Shown one piece after another: positions 24,824 through 36,602 of a stretch of DNA of 64,000 nt. The translations under genes and the position numbers were made by a program. The notes under the pieces were generated by a model. That model saw only the letters and a program-made list of their open reading frames with translations, had not been told where the DNA came from and searched no databases. The first letter of the stretch is position 1. Every line of letters begins with the position of its first letter. Origin of the DNA: Marsupella aquatica (taxonomy: Eukaryota > Plantae > Marchantiophyta); NCBI GenBank assembly GCA_973895155.1, contig OZ316897.1, positions 22,667,455 through 22,731,454 of the forward strand, given 5' to 3'.

Positions 24824-25051
24824 GGAACCATGTGCGATCCAAAATATGTATTTTTGGTAAAAATTAAGCAAATTTTTTAAAAATGTAGGAGGCAAAATAA
24901 GGTATTATAAACTCATGTTTATAGAATATTCTTTAATATCTACCTTTTATAAAGTAAAATAGGTTATTAACATTGAAATGGAGAATATTCTTAGAATATT
25001 TTCTTTATAAATCATGTCTATTTATATTAGACTAGGATCGCACATGGTACC
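24824..25051. mobile_element. MITE-like element
   Basis: Terminal inverted repeats accatgtgcgatcc (24827-24840) and ggatcgcacatggt (25035-25048), extendable to 17 bp with one mismatch, flank a very AT-rich interior of about 195 bp. The TSD is unclear. Confidence 0.65.
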
Positions 25052-25720
25052 CCAAAATATACATTTAGTTAACCCCCCAGATTAGAGTTTGATCTCAGGA
25101 CAAAGAATACAAAAACACTTTTGGGGGCAAAAGGTCAGGCATTGTAAAGTCTCCCTAAAAAATGGGAATTCTGCAAAACTCACTCTGAGATGCACTTCTC
25201 CCACCACAACCTAGGCAGTAACACGAGCAAGATTGTGAGGCACACATGCAGCCCTCCCCCGCGCAGACCAAGCAGAACCAAAGATGATTTACAGTAGATG
25301 TCTTGTGTCTTCCGAGCAGCAAAAACAAGTTTTGCCTACTCTGCGAGGAGACTAAATTGCGTTTCACCTAGTCACAGTTTTAGATAGGGTATAGGGTTTT
25401 ATTATGGGTCTTGTGATTGCATTGTCTTCCAGATTAGGCATTTTTTTTTCTTAGGCAGAATGTTAGAGTATGGGGTCTCAAACCTTCAAAGTTGATGGAC
25501 CTTAAAACTCCAATTTAGATAAAACTTGGTAGTTAAGGTTACAGAAAGAAAAAGTTATGGACAACCAAGTTACCATGACCATAAGTCACTCTAGAGGCTA
25601 GTAAGAAGAAAAAGAAAAAGGAAAATCAAGTAACCTTGTGAAAAAGTTATGGCCATATGCTTACTACCGAAAACCAAGGTCTGCAACTTTGAAGCTTTGC
25701 AAGTATCTACACTACTTTGT

Positions 25721-25925
25721 CCACAATTGGCACTCATAAATCTTTCATGTAGGAACGTTCAACATGCACTTAGAAAAAGTGCACTGAAAAGTGCATTGAA
25801 AAGTGCATCTACTCATAGAAATTCCACAATTGGCACTCATAAATCTTTCATGTAGGAACGTTCAACATGCACTTAGAGAAAGTGCACTAAAAAGTGCATT
25901 GAAAAGTGCATCTACTCATCGAAAT
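25721..25925. repeat. Tandem duplication, about 103 bp x2
   Basis: ccacaattggcactcataaatctttcatgtaggaacgttcaacatgcacttag... occurs at 25721 and 25824, with internal aaaagtgca sub-repeats. Confidence 0.85.
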
Positions 25926-27586
25926 GCAATAAATTGTTTTGTGGGGAAAAGCGATTTGCAAGGAATGCACTTATGCACAGTCCCGCTGACGTACTGCACT
26001 TGTGAGCTGATCCGACAATCACGGGAAGTTTCAAGCTCGAGATTGGCTGTTGATCCGTTCTCATCCCTCAACCTATAACACAGCCTGGTCGATAGTCATC
26101 TCCAAAGCACGACCCGCGTCCCGAAAATAGTGATAAACTTACTCTCAGCTTTGGTTTAGATCCAATTGAAATCGGATCCCAGCATTCCGTGAAGAGATCC
26201 AAGCATTCTGTGAAGAGATGCGATGAAATTCATCTCCCCTCATGAACAGCTCCTGGCTATGAAGCGTACTAGAGTGAAGGCAAGTTAGAAACTTGAAGGC
26301 TGCAGCTGTTCAGTCTGTAAGAACTTGAAGGCTGCAGCTGTTCAGTCCCAGGGTCTTACAGAATTAAGGTGCAACGAAGCTGTTTTTAGATGAATAGAAA
26401 TTCCTTGATGTTCGGCCCATGAAAAAGTTCATGCTTATATACATATGCTGGCCTGACCAGAAACCACCATTCACCAGATATATATCTGGAGCCGAGTTTT
26501 GTGACTACCAGACTATATATATGAAACACGCCTATTAATTGCCAGAACCGACTTGTCACGTGGATCCGGTAGACCAAATGCTAAACTTTCAATTTGGATA
26601 CTGAACTCTTTGGCCTGATCGAATTTCTTTCGCTTATCCAGGCTTTCCAATCTAAAATGTCTAAGGTTCTTGAGAGGCAGGCTCACGTGTGTTGCTATCT
26701 GAAACAGTCGAGGACTCCGAGCTAGTCTTATACCGTGTGTTTCATTACCACCCTCGAGTACGTTTATCCATCTCCGTCATTTTCGTTTCTATGATCGAGA
26801 ACGAAACCAAAGTCCAACTACGTAGACAATTGTATATCGTATCGTTTCTCCAAATTAATAATTATTGTCCGATTCGACGAGAAATACGGGGATCGATCCA
26901 GAAGACGGATCCAATGCCAGCAAATGAAGAGGAGAAAAATATAGAACTACAGCACAGCAGATGGCAGAAGAAAGGAAGAGTTCTGCTAGCTTCAATTTGG
27001 AGGTTTATCTGCATGTCCCATTCTGAGCCCTGGGCAAGACATCTGCTCATTGCTCGCCAAGGGGTTTTAGCTGATGGGCCACAAAGCTAGGGCGTTTGGG
27101 TTTTAACTGGTTGAGCGGGCAGGGCTGACCAATTCAAGAGGGGGACCCAGCCTGCAGAGGTTCTTCTGCAATGGTCGTTTCTGATCCGAGTCATGCTAGT
27201 TTCAAGACGGACGTGCCCAGCACGGTGAGAATACTGCGACTATCGATCTCAGACATTTTCCGCTCAGATCTGAAAGTCAAAGACTCGGCCGGCATCGGAG
27301 ACTTTTGTGACATGTTTTCTTGCCAGAGACTGCTGGGATCGACACGAGTAATCGGAAAATTTTCAGTATTTTGTGTTTCGCCAGATCGAGAGGCTAGGAA
27401 TGATCAGCAAAACTCGGCCGGCCTAGGAGAGTGAACATAATGATCGGGAGTAAGAGTTTAATTAATTAGTGTTTAATGGTTGCATCGATCCAGGATGCGT
27501 TTAAGGTTACTTCGATCACAGAGGCACAGTTATCGCGTTTTTGCAGTGTAAATTCTATCCCCGTTGCATCCAGTTGGCTGGACTCG

Positions 27587-30500
27587 ATGTCGGAGGGAAG
27601 CGGGGAGGGCAGAGGACCTCCACAGAGAAAGGTCTTTCACATTGCTGCAAAGGGAGCCTCGATCGAGGAATTGAAAGGTTGGCGCAAAGCGGCGCTGACG
27701 TCCAACCCAAACCGTTTGTTTCGATATGCCGCCGATCTCCAAAAGCGAGAGCAACGCCTAGAGGTTGGCCAGTATATGTTTGTGTGTCGAATGCTGTTTT
27801 AATTCTGATTCTATTACTTTGACGGTCGCCAAGCGTATGACGAAGTTCTCTGACGTGATGAGTTGCCAGTGTGTCGTTCTTCGTCATGCACAAGTTTAAC
27901 TGTTAGTGGAACGTACTAACGAAAGAAATCTGACGTAAATTTGGGGGGAGAAGGTTTCGAGAGAGACTATTATGACGTCAGATGAAAGGCAACAATTTCT
28001 AGACGTCGACAATCTACTGTAGCTGTCCTTAGATGGTTGTGGGGAAATGACTCTTTGCTGTTTTTGCCCTCTGGGCTCGAAAAGGAGTCAGCACTCAGGT
28101 TCGAAATGCTTGAGGGTAGGGAGCTGTGTCCCTCAGTTGAAATGCAGCCACTTCTAAGGAGAGTGGTGCCTTCTCAACTTCTATACTACTTGATTTTGAA
28201 GAAGCGGCAAACTGAATTGAGAAACCCTGGATATTTTACAACTTGGTGGCCTCTGTGGTTTACAGAGCCAGCTAGTCCTGCGCAATAAACTCGCTCGCCG
28301 TTCGGTTGGTGGTCCCTATCCACAAGAAGGTAGATCCGGCTTGCCTCCTCTATTTGCTAATCCTGCCTTCACCCGAATCTGAATGCATACAACGTACGTG
28401 CGTCTTTGGCACATTCTACTCAACTTGATGAATTCATCTGGGATTACTACTGGAGAAATGCTCAGGACTATGGAACTTAACTTGCTTGGACAGTTTCTAA
28501 TCCAATTAAACCCTCATCTTGATTCTAGGTGGTCTGTCAATTCCCGGTAAAGCTAGTAACGATGAGTACTCTCTCTCTTCTTTAGAAAAGCTTCTGAAGA
28601 GTCCCAGAGGTGTTCTCTTTTCTCTGGATGATTTTCTAAGGAGTCACGGAGGTGTCCAGGGAATTTGTGAAAGGTTGAATGTGGATCCGACGAGAGGACT
28701 TGCTGATGCGGAATGCCAGAAAAACCGGGGCTATTATGGAGCCAACGCTTATCTAGAGAAACCCCCTAAAAGGTTTTCGGTCTTCCTCTATGAGGCTACG
28801 CAGGATTGGACCTTAAAAATCCTATTTCTTTTCGCTGTGGTGTCTTTGGGATTGGGCATTGCCTCTGAAGGCCTCGGCGAAGGGTGGTACCATGGAACTG
28901 GCCTTATGGTCACTATCTTTCTCGGGATACTCATCACTGCCTTCAGCGACTTTCAGCAGGCATTGCATTTCAGCGATGTGTACAAAGAGAAGAAAAAGAT
29001 TTTCATTCATGTCACTCGAGGTGGATCCAGGAAGAGAGTTTCCATATTTGACATCGTTGTGGGTGACATCGTGCATCTTTCAAACGGCGATCAAATCCCA
29101 GCCGATGGGTTACTCATCGAAGGCTACGAGCTGACAGTCGATGAGTCAACTATGCTTGGAGAGAGTCATGAGCCTCAACCAAAATCGCCCGAGCAAAATC
29201 CCTTCCTCTGTTCCGGAACCAAAGTGCTGGACGGGTCTGGGCTCATGTTGGTCGTTGCCGTAGGAAGGCGCACCGAGTGGGGCAGATTGATGGCACCTCT
29301 TGCGGGAGAAGATGATTCAGAGACACCGCTCCAGGTCAAGCTCAGCGGTTTCGCAACATTCTTCAGCAAAATTGGGCTAGTGTCCGTTTTTCTCACCTTC
29401 TTGGTGCACGCCGGGAGGGTCCTTTACAGAGTGTACATTGCAGGGGACTTCAGGGAACACTGGGGCTGGGAACCCGCGTTGTCCATCATTAACTATTTCG
29501 CCATCACCGTCACCATTATCGTCGTCGCCTTCCCTGAAGGCCTTCCCTTGGCTGTGACCCAAACTCTCGCGTTTGCTATGAAGAAAATGATGCTTGATAA
29601 GGCTCTGGTCCGTCACAAGGCAGCTTGTGAGACGATGGGATCGGTGACCACGATCTGCACTGATAGCACTGGCACGTTGACCTCGGTGACAACTGTGAAA
29701 GCATGGATAGCTGGTTGTGTTGGAGCTGTTAATGACGTGAATGACCAAATTTCACAAGCAGTACGAGACATCGTGTTTGAGAACATATACCAAAACACAG
29801 TTGGAGATGTCACGGACGATGTCGGCCCGGACGGAAAACCTGTTTTGATCGGCCCACCAACGGAAATTGCTGTCTTGGAACTTGGAAGGGCTCTTGGAGG
29901 TGAATTGCGGTCAGCTTGTGAAAAGTATGAGATAGTGAAAATGAGCCCTGTCAATTCAGTGGAGCTGCAGAAAATGGGAACTGTGGTTGTGAAGCATCCC
30001 AATGGACAGCTCCGCACACACTGCAAAGGTGCCGCAGAGATAGTATTGGGTATTTGTGACAAAACAATTGATGCAGAAGGAAACATAGTTCCTATGACCG
30101 CGAAGAGACACGAACACCTCAAGGCAACCATAGCCCAATTCGGCGACGAGGGTCTCCGAACAATCTGCCTTGCATACTCTGATCGCGTTGACGATCATCA
30201 CTACAATGAGATGCCAGCTAGAAATTTTGTTTGTCTGGCTGTTGTGGGTATCGAAGAGCGCGTCCGCGATGGTGTGCATGAAGCCGTCCAGCTTTGTTCC
30301 TTAGCAGAAATCCAGGTGAGGATGGTCACCGGAGATAACATTGATATGGCCACTGCTATCGCACGGGAATGCGGGATTCTCAAGGACGATGGGGAAGCTG
30401 TAGAAGGCCCGGATTTTCGCACATGGACCGAGGAGGAAATGGACGAGCGAATTCCCAACATAAAGGTAATGTCATATTTGTGTCCCCGAGATCTCAGTAG

Positions 30501-32453
30501 CTTGGATCGAGCTGGCCAGTATCGATCCCTTTCGATCCCTAGCTTGGCAGCTAGCTAGAGCTTGGGCGAAAACTGGAAATGACATATTCATCATTCACTT
30601 GATCTGCTCATATCTTATGAAGACACTGTTGTAAGTTTGTCCCAGAGTTTTATGAACTTATTCTTGAAAATTTCAACTAATAGTCCATCGAATCTGGAAG
30701 CCTGCATGAGCTGCAATTAGAGGATATTTTCAACATGCTGGAAGTCCATCAATTGACGCTCGATCGAGAATGAACCCAAGAAAATCAATTGGTCAAGCTT
30801 TTCAGCTCCTACTCCCCCTATTTGAGTGTTAACCTCACTTGACGGTGATGCAATATATGGCAGGTTTTGGCGATGTCCTCGCCAGCGGACAAGCTCAAAT
30901 TGGTGAGACATCTGAAAGGACTTGGAGAAGTAGTTGCTATTACAGGTGATGAAACCAACGACGCTCCTGCACTACGTGAAGCAAATATCGGGATCGCAAT
31001 GGGAATTGCCGGCACTGAGGTTCATTACATTACCTGGCACTTTCATCCCTCTTTGAAGATTAGTTATCGGATTAGTTACGCCGAGGCGAAATTGGGTATA
31101 GTTAGGCATGGATAACATCACGGACAGAAAATAGGAATCACTCACAAAAATAACAAGCAGTACTCTTTACAGGCTCGTGATCCATAAATTAGAGAATGGC
31201 AGGTTGTATCGCACAGTTTACACAGAAGACTATGCTTGTGACCAGGTGACGAAGCAGAGCGCTGACGTGATTGTCTTGGACGATAATTTCGCGACGATTG
31301 TGGTCCTTGCTAAATGGGGCCGTGCTGTTTGTACCAACATTCGACATATTTTCCAGTTCCAGTCTACTGTGATCCTGGTGGCCTTACTCATTAATCTCAT
31401 CTCTGCTTGCATCACTGGTTAGCTCACTCTGACTTGTTCTGTAGCGCAGTGATTGTCTTCAATGAATTATTTTAATCTCTCTTCCTCAGGACGAATGTGC
31501 ATTATCTTGCTCGTGGTAAAACCTCTGCTTTGTAGTTGTCCTGAACCCAAAGTGCATGCTTTGAGCTCTTCACTACGGTTGGTACTGCAGGGACTGTACC
31601 ACTCACTGCTGTTCAACTATTGTGGGCGAAGTTGATTATGGAAACTCTGTGCGGCCTAGGTTTGGCCTCAGATCCACCACATGTTGGATATTTGACGAAG
31701 AAAGCAGTTGTGATCACAAAAGATTCCATCAGCAATATCATGTGGCGAAACATTTTAGTACAGGTTGTTTACCAGCTTATTGCACTGGGGTTGCTGCACT
31801 TCCAAGGTCGGAACATCCTGCATCTAGAAGGTTCGGAGACAGAGGTGGATGCACGGATGAATACGATGATATTCAATGCCTTTTTCTTCTGCCAGGTATT
31901 AACCACTTATATATCTCGACACCTCCATTTGAAAGCTTTTGCCCAGATGAATTGGTTATTGCCGTGCCACAGCAGCGTGAGCCGGAACAGCGCAATTAGA
32001 CAATTTCCCAACACGGGTTGGAGGTACATGAGGTGAGGCTCAACACTGGACGAGATTGTCTCCGGAATAATGTTCAGAAACAAAGACTGATCATATGTGT
32101 TGTCTTTTGTATCAATGCAGATCTTCAACGTGATCAATGGACGTGGAATGGAGAAATGGAATGTATCTTTGGATACGTTCGACAATTGGGTGTTCTTGCT
32201 CATCCTCACCGTAACTGTAGTGTTCCAATGGATCATCGTCAGTTTCGTGGGCAAGCTTGCGAACACTGTTCCTTTGACTTGGGATCAATGGTTGATCACC
32301 GTAGGTATTGGAGCAGTCAGTATCCTCGTGGCCGGGGTAGGAAGATTGATTCCTGTGCCAGAAGACTGCAACTTAATGGATAATCATCCACAGACTAACG
32401 GCCTTTATCAAGCTCTTCCTGGTGAGCCACCAAGAGCGGGGGAGATTGTATAG
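27587..32453 (+). CDS. ACA: P2B-type (autoinhibited) Ca2+-ATPase-like protein with degenerate catalytic motifs
   Basis: Proposed exons: 27587 (or 27476)-27763, 28085-28115 (putative micro-exon), 28529-30465, 30864-31019, 31246-31417, 31591-31895, 32121-32453. All are GT-AG and phase-consistent. It has an N-terminal autoinhibitory segment ([30 protein letters not shown]) plus [58 protein letters not shown] and PLTAVQLLW. Confidence 0.92.
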
Positions 32454-33919
32454 AGTGCAACTTCGAGAGACGTCCACTCAGTAATTCATGTCAAAAGTAC
32501 CGATCAATACATTGCATTCATCCTAGGTCGCTGACAGTACTAGAAACAATTGATTCGTCTTTGTGTGGACCCCTTCACTCAATTCGACAGTGAAGTTTGG
32601 GGGAGTGGCAAAAGTTTGTGGGAGTGGCATGCGTAGGAGAAAATATATCCTTATGCAGTGGTCATGAAAACGTGAGTGACGGCTCAGGTAATATTTAGGC
32701 TCGCAGGGAAGGAGATTTTCAAATGGAATCACTCTTGGATCAGATAAGTGAAAATACCAGGAGACTATGGCAGAAAGCTTAATGCGTTGTGTATGAATGT
32801 TCAAGGTTTTCTCACCAGCCAGGGAGAATTGAGTTTCTTTACATGTTTCGTGGAGTTTCAGCAACTCTAGACACTACCTGAGATTGCGAAGCACAATGTT
32901 TTTGGCACAGAAATCTTGTTCTTGTTGCAGTTTAGCTTCCATTTCGCCATAATAACTCTGTGTTGCACCAAATCGTGCAATGGAGAAGGTCTCGCTCAGC
33001 AGTATTGTGCTGTATTGTGCTGTATTGTCCTATTTCCCCCTTCGACCGGTAAATAGGACAGTCCACTGCAAGAGGCGCGGCAACCTTCAAAAACCTGAAG
33101 CATTGTGCCTCGCTATGACTAAAGTTGAGTGCACCAAGTTGAGTGCCGGCAGTCGTGAGCTCCAGAAGCGGCCAGACCTTGCCTGGTGAACAGTCGAGAA
33201 GCTCCAGAAGCAGCAGGTAAAGGCCCGCCGCCCAGACTGAACAGTTCAGATTTCTGGGTCGTGCCTGCAAATGAATGGGATGAGCTTGGTCGTCGATGAT
33301 TTTGGACCTTCTGTCGTCTCGTGCCGCCACAAGGACTCAGTGAAATGTTCATGTGCAGAATATGGCTGGGTAGCCCCTCCAGCCCAGTTTTCTTCCAGAG
33401 GCCCAGCTGCCATGACAGGACTCGGTAGTTTGCCACAATTGGGAATCAATGCTCTTGTGTTTCAAATTTACAATGTCAGATTTGCGTTTGGAGTTCAATC
33501 TCCTAATAATGATGAGAGCACCTGTTGAGGGATGAGTCTCATCGAGTTAACTAAACACTCTAGTGACCAAGCTAAGACCCTAATTCTCGAAGGGATCATG
33601 ACGTAGCAGAAATGGCATGCTATATAGTAAGGGCAGCTCGAGGGGGAACATTGCCCTAGTCAGAGTGTGAGACTCACCTCATAAATACTAACCTCACTAC
33701 CCATTCCTTGAACGGAAATAGAATTGAAAACAAAAAATTGAAAACAATTGAAAAATCTATACTCTTTTCCCTTATCAGTGCATATCTATTTTTTTGTTCA
33801 CCTTCTAGATTTGTCTTAGTCAGAGTCATTTTGTCCTTATTTGAGTTCCAGTCTAGAGGTTTCACTCTAGACCCTAGCCCTTAAAACTTAAAAGGAGCTT
33901 CCATTTGCAATTATATAAT

Positions 33920-34075
33920 AAGATAGTGTATTGGTTTATGTTATGGTGTACGGAGCCCATTAACTTGATGTAGACCCAGACCTAGACTTAATGTCATTTG
34001 TACATCATAAATATAGTGTATTGGTTTATGTTCTAGTGTACAGAGCACGTGAATTTGACGTAGATTCAACATGCA
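33920..34075. repeat. Diverged direct duplication, about 90-bp period
   Basis: atagtgtattggtttatgtt..gtgtac.gagc..ttga.gtaga occurs near 33924 and 34013. Confidence 0.6.
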
Positions 34076-35060
34076 GTATAGATCAGCCCAGGAAACAATG
34101 ATTGGCCTATACAATCAAACATGGTGTGTGAAGGTTGGACTGATTTAGGGTGTGCGCATTTACAGTTTTCATATTTGCAACAATTGTAGTGGTTGTTCAG
34201 CAGTGATGGAAAAGCCTGGTAATGACATCATGGCAATCATGCCACCTAGGGTGAGGAAACAGGAGGGAAATACAACCAGGGAAGGGAACAAGGAGGGGAG
34301 GAAAGAAACGGGAGAACAAGGAAAATCTAAAGGGGGAAAATGAAAATAAGGCCCCTTCCTTGCCTGTCCTTGTACTAGCATATTTTTTAAAGTGTAGGAT
34401 TAAGGGCATACGGTGACCATTACGAGGTATAGGGTGACCATATGTCAACCCATGTATACGTGGAGAAATACAGGAGACCGTATGCCCATAGAAGAATATG
34501 TATGTACTTGATTATACTTGTAGGTTATGTGATTGGCTCACGCTGACCATATCTTATCAGAATTTTCACACTGTTTCCAACTCTTTTGGCTGTGCATAGA
34601 GAGCATTAAAAAGAAGATGTGTAGAGGAATCAATGACTCTACAAAGTCCATAATGACTCCACACATGACCTTAAAGTTTTTGGTTTTTAGCCAGTGTAGC
34701 AAATGTCAATCTCTATGAAGGAGAAGATGCTAGGAATATTCTTTATGTGTTTTTCATAAATTATTTACTGATGGTTGGATATCACTAGTTTATGGACAAC
34801 CATTTGGGTCCATGATTTGGTGGGAAACTGGCAGATGTTATACAAAGAATCTAGCAAGTTTTCACCAAAAGTGGCACACTTTTTTGGGGGGTGGAATTTG
34901 ACAAAATTTGCACCTAAAAAATACGCTGCTTCATACCCATCCCTACTCTTCATATCAAATTTAGACCTTCTTTGCCTTACTCCCTCCAGCATTGACTACA
35001 TGCAGGGCCCACAAGCAGGGCCATGATGACAGCATGGCTACCACAACACACCTGCAGCTG

Positions 35061-35272
35061 TCATCATGGAAGCATTACCTCCAACTGAATCTCCACTTGG
35101 AAGGTGCATTTATTATTATTTTTACAGGGAAGTTTGTGAGACCCCACATAAAGGGAATAGTCATATCATCATGGAAGCATTACCTCTAACTGAATCTCCA
35201 CTTGGAAGGTGCATTTATTATTATTTTTACAGGGAAGTTTGTGAGACCCCACATAAAGGGAATAGTCATAAT
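35061..35272. repeat. Near-perfect tandem duplication, about 106 bp x2
   Basis: tcatcatggaagcattacct...ccccacataaagggaatagtcata occurs at about 35061 and 35167. Confidence 0.9.
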
Positions 35273-35452
35273 ATTTGAACCCTAAACTTATGAGTCTCAA
35301 CTCAAGTGAACTATCACATCTATGAGTCTCAATGCAGGTGAACTACCACATTTCAACCCCAGTCTGTGTCTCAACTCAAGTGAGCTACCACACAACCATG
35401 TCTCTGAACAAAGGGACTAGTTATAATATTTGAACCCTAGACTTATGAGTCT

Positions 35453-36602
35453 TTTTTTCCCCTTTTTTTCTCCTTTTTTAATTTTAATAAAAGGTGACAG
35501 TGCGCAAACTAAGATTCAAAAGCACTGCGGCAAAACCAGCGGAGAAAGAACAACACGCCCTCTGGACCATCACACACAACACCAAGACCCAAAGGGCCAA
35601 CGCCAACGACCTCACACCGCCGCAGCGTGGAGGAAACGGCAGCCAGCCCTCAGGGGCCATCTAAACAACCATCTTGAATGATCCTAGAGTAGGTCAGAAT
35701 TAACCAGCACTGCTCAGGCATGGCATGAGCCCACAACCTGGCCAAATCATTGAGACAAGTGGTACAGTACCCCCCACTGTAACTATATCTATCTCTATGA
35801 TCCTGGAAAATCTCAAGCTGGAGAGGAGAGGTGTCAATCCATTGCTCAGAAAGGTAGAGTGGGTTCTGTGCTGAATGTGACAATGGATGTGATTAACAAA
35901 GAGCATAGTAGTACCACTCTATAGTTTGTGGGTCTCAAAGCACAAGCCATACACTTGGCAAAGATAAAGAGTACACTCAAGCATCAACAATGATTGAGTT
36001 AGAAGGGCGATTCTCATCGTAGATCTATCAGTCATCACAGTAAGTTCAGTTAAGGATCTCTATAAGTGTCTGGCCTTCATGGCACTTCGGGTACATTGTA
36101 TAGTAGCATGCACACTCACAGCAGTCCCATGCAGAATGAGTTGAAGGGGAACCTTGTGGCATTGGCATGGTAGGTGCGCTGACTTCTTTCCAGCCAAATA
36201 CTACAGATCACCTGGAGGATGAGAATGAGGTAACCTGGGTTTTGCTTCTGTGATCGGATGGCAATGTCCAAATTGCCAAAGAAGGAGCCTCTAGTGGCCT
36301 TGTGCAGTTCGGTGTCCTCAGTGATGTGTTCGAGTTGACTCCATCTAGGTCTCAATCTTGGGCATTCAAAGAACATGTGTTCGATGGTCTCAATGTGCTC
36401 TTGGCAGGCAGTGCACATCCCATCTCCTACCTCCCACTTAAGAGCACAAAAATTGGTAAGAAACCCAGCATTGAGAACCTTCCAAAATCAAGTTTGACGC
36501 TAGGAGAAGACCAGCCACTCCATAGATGAATCCACCATCGTTGCCAGATCTGTTATGTGTCTAAGTAGAACCATCGTCTATTGAGTTCTTCAGTGGGTGT
36601 CA
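35453..36602 (-). mobile_element. 5'-truncated non-LTR retrotransposon (LINE) fragment with zf-RVT-like domain
   Basis: The minus-strand peptide CTACQEHIETIEHMFFECPRLRPRW..ICSIWLERSQR is a CxxC..H..C zinc finger typical of the C-terminus of plant LINE ORF2. A degenerate poly-A tail appears as T-runs at 35452-35480. TSD atgagtct at 35445-35452 and 36603-36610. Confidence 0.8.

Larger units (their letters stand above)
19720..25990. mobile_element. AT-rich gene-free block, probable nested degraded TEs
   Basis: No credible ORF. It contains a poly-C tract (about 19987-20030), tttagggtttaggg at 20698, short internal duplications, a MITE-like element and a 103-bp tandem duplication. Confidence 0.35.

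Noticed and set aside
28822-30461. Several antisense ORFs over the ACA large exon (similar ones over the lipase, PANK2 and 56923-57441)
   Set aside because: These are shadow ORFs on the opposite strand of real coding sequence, with no independent motifs.
32932-33528. Cluster of overlapping short ORFs downstream of the ACA gene
   Set aside because: No recognisable motif or consistent splice structure in any frame, so I cannot support a gene.
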